Position numbers and translations under genes: made by a program. The notes beneath the pieces are model-generated. The model searched no databases, was not told the DNA's origin, and worked only from the letters and a program-made list of their open reading frames with translations. From Candidatus Poribacteria bacterium (GTDB lineage: Bacteria; Poribacteria; WGA-4E; PCPOR2b): a stretch of 64,000 bases of DNA. Location: assembly GCA_965208675.1 (NCBI GenBank), contig OZ242351.1, positions 2,624,001 through 2,688,000 of the forward strand. The letters run 5' to 3'. This document shows positions 31,267 through 40,772 of this stretch, one piece after another; within the stretch, counting starts at the first letter, position 1; each line of letters opens with the position of its first letter.

Positions 31267-32322
31267 TTAACTTATCGAAAAAACGCTCACCCGACCCGAC
31301 TCGTCACCAACGGCAATGTACTGGTCATTCGGTGACCAAACGAGGCTTGTGACCCCCGCGGTCAGAGCCGCTTCATGTACCGGCCGAGAACGGAGTCTGC
31401 CTCGCAATTGCCAGACGAAGACCCGACCGTCGGCGCCGCCCGAAGCCAACAGTTTTCCGTGATGTTGAAAACGCACAACGCTGATAAAATCCTGATGTCC
31501 GGAAAGCGTAATGGGTTTGGAACCGGCGGGTCCGCGGCCGGAACAATCCCACACCGTAACGTCCTCACTGCCTCCCGTAGCCAAGTATCGACTCGCGGCA
31601 TCCCACGAGAGTTCCCGCACCTTTGTCGGATAGCCAGACATTTGCAAATCGTCACCGGTAGACATGATCCAGAAATGTACGGTCGAATCTTGATCTCCTG
31701 TGGCGATGTATTTGCTGTCAGGGCTCCACGCAATCACCAGTGATGAGCCTTTCCATTCCAACCGGCGGACAGCGTCCGACTGTTGCGGGTCCCATAGCGT
31801 AACGCCGCCGTACGCTATCGAGGCAAGTTGCCTTACATGCGGTTTCCACTGGAGACCAGAAATCGTGCTCTGATGGTCGCGATATTCGCGAACAAGTTCG
31901 CCGGCGGCGCTCCAGAGTTTCAGCTTGCGACCAGCGGCAGAAGCGAGGATCGGTTTCTTGCCGCCGCTCCATGCTAGGTGCTCAACCCATGCTGCGCCCC
32001 CGTCAAGCGAATGGACGGCTTCGCCAGTTGTCATATCCCACAACCGAATCTTCCCATCTTGTCCTGCGCTTGCAAGCACCTTGCTGTCTGGACGCCATGC
32101 GATTGACATTGTGCCGAATTCATGCCCATCGAAGGCTTGGATAACCGATTGACGACGACCTTCAAAAACTGTCACTGGACCGAGAACCGACGCGGCAGCG
32201 ATGAATCTCCCATCAGGAGACCACGCCATATCAATGACGTGGTCGCTTACGGTTCCGCTCCAATTTTCGCGCAGTTGAATGGGCTGGACAAAGCGGTTGC
32301 TCAGGTTGTTCAAGCGAGACAT
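31267..32322 (-). CDS. WD40-repeat beta-propeller protein coupled to a COG0523 GTPase
   Basis: About 7 WD40 repeats (LASAGQDGKIRLWD etc.). Overlaps the upstream GTPase by 13 bp. Confidence 0.92.
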   Translation of the reverse strand: MSRLNNLSNRFVQPIQLRENWSGTVSDHVIDMAWSPDGRFIAAASVLGPVTVFEGRRQSVIQAFDGHEFGTMSIAWRPDSKVLASAGQDGKIRLWDMTTGEAVHSLDGGAAWVEHLAWSGGKKPILASAAGRKLKLWSAAGELVREYRDHQSTISGLQWKPHVRQLASIAYGGVTLWDPQQSDAVRRLEWKGSSLVIAWSPDSKYIATGDQDSTVHFWIMSTGDDLQMSGYPTKVRELSWDAASRYLATGGSEDVTVWDCSGRGPAGSKPITLSGHQDFISVVRFQHHGKLLASGGADGRVFVWQLRGRLRSRPVHEAALTAGVTSLVWSPNDQYIAVGDESGRVSVFSIS

Positions 32323-33650
32323 GCTTCAAACCCTTCAGTCAATTCTGCCCGGTCGAGGTTGCGTCCGATGAAGATGAGGCTATTGTAGCGCGGTTCACCA
32401 GCCCACGGGCGATCAGGGCGACCGTCGAAGAGCATATGAACACCTTGAAAGACGAATCGGTTTGGCTGACCTTTTATGCTCAGAATACCTTTCATGCGGA
32501 AGATGTCTAGGCCTTTTGTCTGAAGCAGATTGCCAATCCAATCGTTCAGCCGGTCGGAGTCGAGGTCGCCGGGGATTGTGATGCCGACCGATGTGACTTC
32601 CTCGTCATGTTCGTGATCTGGCTTAAATTCGCGTTCAACAGCTGGCTTGACAAGTGCGCCGCTACCAAAGAGTTGTGCTTGAAATTCGTCCGGGTGATGC
32701 TCGGTAAACAGTGCGTAAGCGCCGGGGCGGTCGACCTGCACTTCAAAGCGTAATTCGTCCGCCGTGAGATTCAACGCAATGAGTTGTCCACTCGGTTGAA
32801 GGGCGCCGGCCGCCGAAAGTTCACGCTCATCATCGGAGAAAACCATAACGACTGGCTCGACAGCTCCCTCCAAAGCTGCATCGGTTGACTCACTTACGGG
32901 TATCAACGCAACTTTCATCGTCGGGTCAGGGCCTTCTTGGAGCACCAGTTCATGGGTGCCAGCTGCAAGATTATAAACACCAGCCCACTCGAAGGGATAT
33001 TCCGGTTCCATAAACTGCGGGTCCACCTCCATCGCCCGGTCGAGATCGAATCCGCCGACATTGAGAATCTTGTCCATTTCAACCACGGCATTTTTCGTTC
33101 GATAAATCTTCGCCGCAGCGTTCATGCTGCGAATTCTGGCTTCCAGTTGCTCTAACTGTTCCTCGGTCACAAGGTCAATCTTGTTCAACAGAATAACATC
33201 TGCAAAGGCAATCTGTTCACGCGCTTCGTCGCTGTCATCGATGTGCTGCCAGATGTGCTTGGCATCAACTACCGTCGTGACGGAATCCAGTTGCAGTTTG
33301 TCCTGCATTTCGGCGTCCATGAAGAACGTCTGAGCAACCGGCCCGGGGTCAGCGAGCCCTGTGGTTTCGACCATGATGTAGTCGAACTTATCGCGGCGCT
33401 TCATCAGGTTCCCTAAAATACGGATGAGATCGCCGCGCACCGTACAGCAGATGCAGCCGTTGTTCATCTCGAAAATCTCTTCTTCGGCGCCGATGACCAA
33501 ATCATTATCGACGCCGACCTCGCCAAACTCATTTTCGATGACGGCGATACGTTTGCCATGGTTTTCGGTGAGAATGCGGTTGAGAAGCGTGGTTTTACCA
33601 GATCCCAAAAAGCCCGTCAACACGGTAACGGGGACTTGATTGTTTAGCAT
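32310..33650 (-). CDS. COG0523/CobW-family metallochaperone GTPase with an inserted ~120-aa domain
   Basis: GFLGSGKTT, NEFGE, GCICC, ETTG, NKID, DHEHD and CobW_C (FRMKG, FQGVH, FIGRNLD). Confidence 0.93.
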   Translation of the reverse strand: MLNNQVPVTVLTGFLGSGKTTLLNRILTENHGKRIAVIENEFGEVGVDNDLVIGAEEEIFEMNNGCICCTVRGDLIRILGNLMKRRDKFDYIMVETTGLADPGPVAQTFFMDAEMQDKLQLDSVTTVVDAKHIWQHIDDSDEAREQIAFADVILLNKIDLVTEEQLEQLEARIRSMNAAAKIYRTKNAVVEMDKILNVGGFDLDRAMEVDPQFMEPEYPFEWAGVYNLAAGTHELVLQEGPDPTMKVALIPVSESTDAALEGAVEPVVMVFSDDERELSAAGALQPSGQLIALNLTADELRFEVQVDRPGAYALFTEHHPDEFQAQLFGSGALVKPAVEREFKPDHEHDEEVTSVGITIPGDLDSDRLNDWIGNLLQTKGLDIFRMKGILSIKGQPNRFVFQGVHMLFDGRPDRPWAGEPRYNSLIFIGRNLDRAELTEGFEACLA

Positions 33651-33681
33651 GGCTGAATTTACCTTTCTCTACTTGTTGGAT

Positions 33682-33942
33682 TTAGCCAGCGGTCAAGCTA
33701 ACGATGTCTGTCTGCTTCACCTCCGCCAGCGGTTTGTGAATCTTGTATTGCCGGGGCTTGCCGGGCGTCTCCATGATTGCAATGACCGTTTCAATAGGCG
33801 GACAGCCTTCTTCGGTGCATTGCAACTGGGTAACCATCACGGAGACGTCCTCTGATAGGTCAAAAGCTTGGGAGACCCACGATTTGACTTGGACGAGTTG
33901 CCGCGGGTCACTCTCTTTTTGCGAATTGAAAAAATTCTGCAC
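33682..33942 (-). CDS. Small conserved-looking protein with a C-x4-CPP-x-ET motif
   Basis: QLQCTEEGCPPIETVIAI...KIHKPL. AAGGAGG RBS. Lies directly upstream of the COG0523 gene. Confidence 0.75.
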   Translation of the reverse strand: MQNFFNSQKESDPRQLVQVKSWVSQAFDLSEDVSVMVTQLQCTEEGCPPIETVIAIMETPGKPRQYKIHKPLAEVKQTDIVSLTAG

Positions 33943-34005
33943 TGTGGTATTGCCTCCTTTCCAAGCACATGATGCTGTTTTAATACCTGAAATTTCGCCC
34001 GGAAC

Positions 34006-34461
34006 CGGTCATCGCACAGGATTCTGACCAGATTTTTCTCAAGTCCGCGGTCTCTATTCTGCGGAGGTTGCGTACCTGGCCCGGAATTATCCCTGATCCG
34101 AGTTATCGATGCCGCACGGGCAGATGGCGTTGCCGGGCGCGCCATATGATGCCGGCATTTTTCCTATAGGCGCGGGCTGTATTGGATTCTCATAGTATGC
34201 CTTCTCGACAGCGCAGCGGCATTGCGGGTTGACCGGCTTTGCTGCGGCTATCTCCTTATGACTGTGACACGATGCACATATCAGAACTGCCGTTATCACG
34301 AGGGTGATGCTCAATGATTTCATGGTATGCTCCTTTGAAATAAGCCGCAAACTAACAGTTTGCGGTACAGTCCCTAGAGTTGGCGTCGAATCGGTCACCG
34401 CACACGATTCTGACCGGATTTTTCTCAAATCTGCGGTCTCTAGGCTGTGGGACGCGCGTAC
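34006..34461. repeat. 70-bp ungapped direct repeat (34006-34075 and 34392-34461) in consecutive intergenic spacers
   Basis: 57/70 identical by manual alignment. Non-coding substitution pattern. Confidence 0.8.
34087..34323 (-). CDS. Small His/Cys-containing putative lipoprotein (78 aa)
   Basis: AAAGGAG RBS before ATG 34323. MKSLSITLVITAVLICASC-HSH..., with CRC and CPC motifs. Confidence 0.65.
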   Translation of the reverse strand: MKSLSITLVITAVLICASCHSHKEIAAAKPVNPQCRCAVEKAYYENPIQPAPIGKMPASYGAPGNAICPCGIDNSDQG

Positions 34462-34516
34462 GGAACTGCGCCAACCAGTTGCACAGTCCTCTACACCGAC
34501 CGTAATCAAGCTCGTA

Positions 34517-35008
34517 TCAATGCAGCACCTCTGAACGACTGGAACCTACTCGGCGAACGCTTGCCGCGTTGAAGCCTTGCAATTCAAGGGCCGCTTGTTT
34601 TTTCTGAAACCCGAACGGGGGAGATCGAAACCGATCAAAACGGTGACTATCAAAGGCTGGCGGCAACGGAAGCAGCGCATCTGTTCGTGCCACGGCGTCC
34701 GCCCAATCTACAAGCCGCGTATAGTGCAGATGGCGTTCTATCTGTCCTAACCACACAACGCCGTGCGGCGATGTTATACAGACGACATTTGCGAGATCAC
34801 ACGGCCCAAGGCAGCCTTCGCTGATAGTCAATGTTATTGAAGGGGACAGCCGCCGGTTCCGCCACTCCTGTTTGAGCCACTCGACCGGTACCGGCGGATT
34901 TCGTTTCTCAGTCACGCCGCAACAACAACCTTTACAGACCAGCATATGCGCTAAGACACGCCGCCTTGACGCCAGCTTTGGCGGTGATTCGATTCCATCT
35001 GCTCTCAT
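34517..35008 (-). CDS. Thioredoxin-like (2Fe-2S) ferredoxin-domain / Cys-rich metal-binding protein
   Basis: LVCKGCCCG ... GCLGPCDLANV motif. Confidence 0.7.
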   Translation of the reverse strand: MRADGIESPPKLASRRRVLAHMLVCKGCCCGVTEKRNPPVPVEWLKQEWRNRRLSPSITLTISEGCLGPCDLANVVCITSPHGVVWLGQIERHLHYTRLVDWADAVARTDALLPLPPAFDSHRFDRFRSPPFGFQKKQAALELQGFNAASVRRVGSSRSEVLH

Positions 35009-35109
35009 ACCTTTTTCCTATGCGTTACGTTCCTGCGAATATACTGATTCATCACTACCCGATTCCGTTCAAGGGTAGTGATGATTTTTTTTCGGCGCAT
35101 AATTCAAGG

Positions 35110-37032
35110 TTATTTCAATATAACCATCCGCTTCATCTGTTGAAAAGACGGCGTGGACAATCGGTAGAAATAAACGCCGCTTGAAACAGTCTCACCCGCA
35201 TCATTTCGACCATCCCAATAAGCAGCACGTGCGCGGCCTTGATAGAAACCCGCTGGCTGGATGCCAATCGAAAGCGTTCGCACCGGTCGCCCGTTCGTAT
35301 CGTAAATTGATAGCGTCACAGGGGCAGATTCCGAAAGGCGATACGGTATCCATGTTTCGGGATTGAACGGGTTGGGATAGTTCTGCAACAGTAGGCTCTG
35401 CTTCGGTATGCCAATCCCCTCCAGCGTAATAGGGAGAACTGCGTTTGCAAGCGTGTCCGGCGTCACGACGAACCTCAGACTTTCCGAAGCAATCTCTCCC
35501 GTTGCATCCGCAACGGTGACTTCCAGCGTGTCGCCGACCCAGACGACGCTCTGGCGGGAGAGATCGGCGGTCGCCGCGGCAAAGTAGCCCTCTCGCACAC
35601 GATTCGCCATAATAGCGTTCGTTCGCAGATTTCGTACTGTAACCAGATAGCCTTCAAGGTTCTGCTCGCCTTCTAATTGCCCACTGACAACGAACGCCCA
35701 GGCGGTATTTGGCTTATCAATTGGTCTTGCAACCGGTGCCGCCGAAACTTGCGGCTGATTGGTCCACGGCGCCCCGACAAAGGCAACCTGTCGGACGTGC
35801 GGCACGTTTACGATGTATCCCTTTGCCCCTTCGATTGAAAACCCGTTGTCCGGTGCATCCGGCGTCCAGCCAATGAACTCTTGGTTGACATCATCAAGCT
35901 CAATTACCGTCGTTGCGCCAACCATCTCCGCCATCGACCGAGCATTCATCGGTTGGCGAGGCTTCAGCGGTAAGGAGATCATGTTCAAGCCTTCGGAGAG
36001 AGATGCGAAGTATACGTGACTGAAGTCATCTCCGTCGGTAGGCACTGGGGTGGCAATGAAACCGTGAATCTGATGTTCTCCGTCTTCCTGGTGAATTTCA
36101 AACCAGCCGACAATGACACCGTCATCGTTAATGCCTTGTGCTATCGTGGCTTCTGCGCCGGGAATCCCGAACCGGTGGAACTCGCCCTCCGGATTGCGTA
36201 GAAATCCGTGTATTTCGGAGAAATCAAGCGGCGCGGTATGACCGACAATCCTGCCATGATTGTCGATGTCATCGGGGAGCGTATGCCGCTCTGCGTCAAT
36301 GGACAGTGTCGTGAACGCGCCATCCTCGTAAATCAGCCCATCAATTATCTTTGTTGGTGTAAATCCTGATTCAGGCAGATTCCATCCCGCCATCACACCG
36401 GCGTTATTGATACCACGAAAAACATTGCCGCCAACACCGCCCGAAGAGGGAACTTGCGCGAAAGTCCCGTCCGGCTCGCGAAGAAAACTGGTGATGACAA
36501 TGTCGTTCGCTGTTGGGAAATCGAAATTATACGAAGTGAGTTGACTGGAGTCGTTGATACCCCATGCGTAGTTAAAAGCTGCACCCGGATTAACTAATAT
36601 ATACTGGCCGTCCGGTTCTCTCAGGAATCCGTGTTGCACGCCAGCCGCATCTTTATACCGACCCGTGATTTGACCGGATGTATTGATTCCGAATGCACGT
36701 GTGTCTGTTGCACCTTCTGGGGCGATCGTCTCGAAGACACCGTTTCTCAGCCAGAATCCTTTCCGAACAGCGTTTGCATCTGCATAGCTCCCGACGATGT
36801 CCCCAGCGTTGTTGATACCGAAGAGTTCGGTCTCTGACGCGCCTGCGAACGGTACATCCACGACCGCAATATGATACGGAATACCGATTGTCAGATGAAT
36901 ATCACCTGCCGGGATGTCGGCGACATGTTCATGGTCGTGGTCACCCTGTTGCGCGACGGCTTGCCATGAGATGGTCAAACAAAAAATCGAAAACATAAGC
37001 AGAACCAGTGTGGCTCTTATGTGAGTACGCAT
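35110..37032 (-). CDS. Secreted HAF-repeat protein with a His-rich N-terminus and a C-terminal FlgD-like tail
   Basis: Signal peptide, GDHDHEH, ~6 repeats of GIN..G.IVG...HGF, and LLQNYPNPFNPETWIPY...AAYWDGRN. Confidence 0.85.
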   Translation of the reverse strand: MRTHIRATLVLLMFSIFCLTISWQAVAQQGDHDHEHVADIPAGDIHLTIGIPYHIAVVDVPFAGASETELFGINNAGDIVGSYADANAVRKGFWLRNGVFETIAPEGATDTRAFGINTSGQITGRYKDAAGVQHGFLREPDGQYILVNPGAAFNYAWGINDSSQLTSYNFDFPTANDIVITSFLREPDGTFAQVPSSGGVGGNVFRGINNAGVMAGWNLPESGFTPTKIIDGLIYEDGAFTTLSIDAERHTLPDDIDNHGRIVGHTAPLDFSEIHGFLRNPEGEFHRFGIPGAEATIAQGINDDGVIVGWFEIHQEDGEHQIHGFIATPVPTDGDDFSHVYFASLSEGLNMISLPLKPRQPMNARSMAEMVGATTVIELDDVNQEFIGWTPDAPDNGFSIEGAKGYIVNVPHVRQVAFVGAPWTNQPQVSAAPVARPIDKPNTAWAFVVSGQLEGEQNLEGYLVTVRNLRTNAIMANRVREGYFAAATADLSRQSVVWVGDTLEVTVADATGEIASESLRFVVTPDTLANAVLPITLEGIGIPKQSLLLQNYPNPFNPETWIPYRLSESAPVTLSIYDTNGRPVRTLSIGIQPAGFYQGRARAAYWDGRNDAGETVSSGVYFYRLSTPSFQQMKRMVILK

Positions 37033-37071
37033 AGCTGCAACCTCCTTTTCAATCGAAGTTGTATTATGAAG

Positions 37072-38199
37072 TTAAGAATCAGTTGCATTGTGTGAATTCG
37101 CTGGCGGTTCTTCCAAAAAAAGCTCCCGAAGCAATTCAAAATCGGCGGCGGCATCAGGCGCGATAACCTCGTGCGATTCATTTTCCGTTTCGCACGCATC
37201 AAATCGCGACTGCAACTCGCAATCTTCAATTCCGCCAGGCTCACCGATAAAGACTAACTGCGTGCCCGGTTTCTCATCATCCCATGGCGCACCAATGATG
37301 ACACGCGCCCGTTGGCCGACAACTTGGACGATTCCCTTTCGATCCGGAGTCTCTTCGAGATAAACAACCCCTTTGGCGCGGTAGATTGCCGCCGGCAACG
37401 TTTTCACCGCATGACGCACTGCCCGATGTGACAGCGGTTTCTCGGTCGTATAACTCCACGTATTAAAGACCAACGTATGGTCGTGTTCGTGATGGTGTTC
37501 ATCCTCGTGGCCGTGCTCCTCCCCGTCGGGGTGGACGTGAACATCCAAGCCCGTTTTCCCCGAAAAGCGGCGGAGGTCGTATCTCCCGACATCAAGCACC
37601 AAATCGAGCGGAACCTTACCGTGTGTGGTTTCGAGGATACGCGCCTTCGGAACAAGGTTTTTGACGAAGTCTGCCAATTCCGCCCGTTTTTCATCATTGA
37701 CCAAGTCAACCTTGTTCAGCACGACAATGTCCGCCATAGCGATTTGGTCTAAAGCGAGCTCCCGATGCTTTCTGTCTACATGATAGATTTGCTCGGAATC
37801 AACCACTGTTAGCATACTGTCTACTCGCGCCGCCGACCGCAATCCACGCGCCAGGAAGGTCAATGAAACCGCCAAAGGGTCAGATACGCCGCTGGTCTCA
37901 AGGACTATATACTCCGGCGGGTCAGGGCGTTGAATTAATTGTACCGTAGCCTCAAGCAGGTCGTCGCGAATTGAGCAGCAGATACACCCGTTGGAAAGGT
38001 TAATGGTGGATTCCCCAGAGACACCGGAGATTAACCCGGCGTCAATATTAACCTCTCCAAAATCGTTGACCAAAACCGCCACGCGCAATCCGTGGTCGGC
38101 ATTGAGAATGTGGTTGAGCAGGGAGGTTTTGCCCGCGCCTAAAAAGCCGCTGATGATGGTCACCGGAATCGGTTCTTTGAAGTCTTGGATTTCAGCCAT
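37072..38199 (-). CDS. Second COG0523/CobW-family GTPase with a His-rich linker
   Basis: GFLGAGKTS, NDFGE, GCICC, ETSG, NKVD, HVHPDGEEHGHEDEHHHEHDH and YRAKG. Confidence 0.93.
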   Translation of the reverse strand: MAEIQDFKEPIPVTIISGFLGAGKTSLLNHILNADHGLRVAVLVNDFGEVNIDAGLISGVSGESTINLSNGCICCSIRDDLLEATVQLIQRPDPPEYIVLETSGVSDPLAVSLTFLARGLRSAARVDSMLTVVDSEQIYHVDRKHRELALDQIAMADIVVLNKVDLVNDEKRAELADFVKNLVPKARILETTHGKVPLDLVLDVGRYDLRRFSGKTGLDVHVHPDGEEHGHEDEHHHEHDHTLVFNTWSYTTEKPLSHRAVRHAVKTLPAAIYRAKGVVYLEETPDRKGIVQVVGQRARVIIGAPWDDEKPGTQLVFIGEPGGIEDCELQSRFDACETENESHEVIAPDAAADFELLRELFLEEPPANSHNATDS

Positions 38200-38341
38200 C
38201 CTCTCACACCTTGAATTATAGATTGTGTGTATTTGTCAATTCGTCAGGCAAACCGATTGTCTTGAGTCTCCGAATTGAGAACTGTTTGCACCGCTCACCC
38301 TTTAAAATCCGGCCGGGTGAACGCCTATTTGCCCCAATATT

Positions 38342-38629
38342 TCAGCAGCATGTGCAGCCGACCGGGTGGCTATAGCTGGGCGCATCCAAGGCCTCAATCG
38401 CTGCATGTTCTACGGACTCTTCGGCACCCGATTCGCCGGAATCTACTTCAGCGCCGGATGGATTGGAGCGCCCTCGGCTGACGAGTAAGGTGGGGGCGTT
38501 AATGACCTTTTTGACGCGAGGCGTATAGCAGATGGTGCATTCGACAACCGCTTCGTCCAAAGGCGCAAGGGAAAGCCGTTCCTCAAAGAGAACATCACAA
38601 TCGAACCATTCAATTTCATAAATCGGCAT
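38342..38629 (-). CDS. FmdB-like zinc-ribbon protein variant with a C-terminal HPVGCTCC tail
   Basis: MPIYE...C...FE ... CTIC...VKKVI matches the FmdB pattern, with the first Cys replaced by Trp. Confidence 0.65.
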   Translation of the reverse strand: MPIYEIEWFDCDVLFEERLSLAPLDEAVVECTICYTPRVKKVINAPTLLVSRGRSNPSGAEVDSGESGAEESVEHAAIEALDAPSYSHPVGCTCC

Positions 38630-38702
38630 TGCGTGTTTCCTGGTTGAACTGGGCATGTAAACATCCAGTCCAATTGCCGCTAACGTCTCACGCTTTACGT
38701 TT

Positions 38703-39683
38703 TTATTGCCTCCGATAAGCTAACTCAGCTCTCAAAGCGTTCACGGTGGTATCTATGTTGTGGCGCATCATCCCAATATACGTCCCTTTAGGAGTTCCGG
38801 GCGTTCCCATCGCATCGGCGAAAAGCCTGCCGCCGATTTGGACTTCGAACCCCTTTGCGCGAACAGCGGCTTGAACAGCCTCTATGCCCTGCGACGGGGT
38901 TGAGGTTTCGACGAACATAGCGGGGATTCGATGTTCAATAATATACTCCGCTAGTTCTCTGACATCGGCGACGCCCGCTTCCGTTTCCGTGTTCAACCCT
39001 TGAAGGCCGCGCACCTCGAAACCGTAAGCACGTCCGAAGTAACCGAACGCATCGTGGGTCGTGACGAGAACGCGGCGCTGGGCGGGAATCTGTGCCGCGA
39101 GGTATTGTAGGTCGTCATGCAATGTTCTCAACTCTGCCAAGTATCTATTCGCGTTAGAAAGATAATATTCGGCATTATCCGGGTCGGCTTGAACCAACGT
39201 GTCTCGAACCTTTTCAGCTGCTTTCATCCAGAGCGACACATCGTGCCAGACATGCGGGTCGTAACCGCCCTGAAATTCGGATGTTGTGCGAAGTTGTGAG
39301 CGTAGAGTCCCAGCCGTGACGGCGACTGCCTTCGTTTTATACGCCATCTTATTGAGGACGGCGCCTATGATTTTCGATTCAAGATACAAACCGTTGTAGA
39401 AGATAATCTCAGCGTCCTTCAGCCGTTCGACATCTCCCGCTGTCGGTTTATAGAGATGCGGGTCAACGCCTTCACCGACAATCGCGGTGACGTCAATCCT
39501 ATCTCGGCCAATGTTTTCCACAATGTCCGTAATCATGCTGATTGTTGCGGCGACGCGAAGTTTTTTCTCTGTCGTAGGGTTTGTATGTGCGGAGTCTTCC
39601 GATTTTTCCTTTTGACATCCGCCAGCAACTATCAACAGTAACACCAACAAACATAAACTCGCCTTGAGAAATTGGCGATCCAT
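38703..39683 (-). CDS. Cluster A-I metal (Zn/Mn) ABC substrate-binding lipoprotein (TroA/ZnuA family)
   Basis: Lipobox AGGC, DPHLY, DPHVW, THDAFGYFG and LFADAMG. Confidence 0.93.
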   Translation of the reverse strand: MDRQFLKASLCLLVLLLIVAGGCQKEKSEDSAHTNPTTEKKLRVAATISMITDIVENIGRDRIDVTAIVGEGVDPHLYKPTAGDVERLKDAEIIFYNGLYLESKIIGAVLNKMAYKTKAVAVTAGTLRSQLRTTSEFQGGYDPHVWHDVSLWMKAAEKVRDTLVQADPDNAEYYLSNANRYLAELRTLHDDLQYLAAQIPAQRRVLVTTHDAFGYFGRAYGFEVRGLQGLNTETEAGVADVRELAEYIIEHRIPAMFVETSTPSQGIEAVQAAVRAKGFEVQIGGRLFADAMGTPGTPKGTYIGMMRHNIDTTVNALRAELAYRRQ

Positions 39684-39907
39684 CCTGTCACCTCCTTTTG
39701 AATTTGTTAGGAGTTAGGCCCTTCAGTTCGTAGCAGCGAAATTCACTCCCCTTCCGGTCGGGCGATAAATCGCCATACTACAAATCTAAACCCTAAATGT
39801 AGTCGTCCAACTCATCGAGTTTCGTTGTGCAGTGATAAACAATCGAACTGCGAGGGGTTGAACGTTCATCTGCGTAAGTCCGGTTATATTGCAATAATTG
39901 CCGCAAT

Positions 39908-39924
39908 ATGTTATATTATAACAT
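39908..39924. promoter_or_regulatory. Zur box overlapping the leftward -10 element
   Basis: Perfect palindrome ATGTTATA-T-TATAACAT, the core of the proteobacterial Zur consensus. It overlaps minus-strand TATAAT (39915-39920), with TTGACT 16 bp upstream. Confidence 0.85.
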
Positions 39925-40212
39925 AACAATTTCAGAAGTCAAGTCAAAATTATGGTATCTTCTAGGGTCATTAATTCTCCAGTAATTCAATCTACCGGTC
40001 GGGGCTGCGGTGGGGCAAGGGGATCTCTATCGCATTCACTATCCACTCGCTTGATTCCCTCCTGCCGGTTCGGGTTGTTCCAAAATCAGTCAAAAAACGA
40101 AAAAACTAAATACTCCTGTGGATTCTTCTAGGTAGGAGGATTTGACTGAATCTTTAACAAAGGAATCAAGACTCGTTCTTACTTCCACTAAATGCAAGAC
40201 GTTTTGAATTCA

Positions 40213-40241
40213 TTGACAATCATGGCGTTACGTCATAACAT
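40213..40241 (+). promoter_or_regulatory. zur promoter with a degenerate Zur box (autoregulation)
   Basis: TTGACA-N17-TAACAT overlapped by GCGTTACG-T-CATAACAT (40225-40241). Confidence 0.6.
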
Positions 40242-40274
40242 AACGTACACCTTCAGTTTTAAGGAGCTAGGGTT

Positions 40275-40772
40275 ATGTCTTCTACGGAATCGGAAAACAC
40301 AACGATTGAAACCTTTCCCAAGCCAATCCATGACCATTCTAAGTGCGTCAAAGACGCATTGGAAATGGGTTTGGCGATTTGTCAGGTGCGCGGCGTACGA
40401 TTTACCGAGCTACGGAAACAGGTTTTCGAACTCGTGTGCGCCAGCCACAAGCCAATCGGCGCTTACGATATACTTGACACCTTTCAAAAACGCGGCCGGA
40501 AAACCGCACCGCCAACCGTCTACCGCGCCCTCGAGTTTCTGATTGAGCAGGGCTTGATTCACAGGATTACCTCATTAAACGCTTATATCGGGTGTGACTT
40601 CCCACAGGAACCGCATCGCGGACAGTTCGTCGTCTGCAAATTGTGCGGCGAGGCAACTGAGCTTGTCAGTCACACGATCGAGCGGTGTATCACTGCCGCC
40701 GCCGAGAAACTTGACTTTCAGGTCCAATCTAGAGTCATCGAGATTCTCGGCATCTGCTCGGTCTGCCGATGA
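40275..40772 (+). CDS. zur: Fur-family zinc uptake regulator
   Basis: HDHSKC, KPIGAYDIL, APPTVYRALEFL, GLIHRI, and two CxxC motifs. Divergent from the zinc genes and next to a Zur box. Confidence 0.88.
   Translation: MSSTESENTTIETFPKPIHDHSKCVKDALEMGLAICQVRGVRFTELRKQVFELVCASHKPIGAYDILDTFQKRGRKTAPPTVYRALEFLIEQGLIHRITSLNAYIGCDFPQEPHRGQFVVCKLCGEATELVSHTIERCITAAAEKLDFQVQSRVIEILGICSVCR

Noticed and set aside
33837-34145. 102-aa ORF containing the 70-bp repeat
   Set aside because: It overlaps two better-supported genes, and substitutions between repeat copies are not biased to third codon positions.
34340-34400. Cobalamin riboswitch near the CobW-like genes
   Set aside because: The suggestive ACTGTACCGCAAACTGT is part of a REP palindrome also present at ~3366. 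The B12-box and other core motifs were not found.
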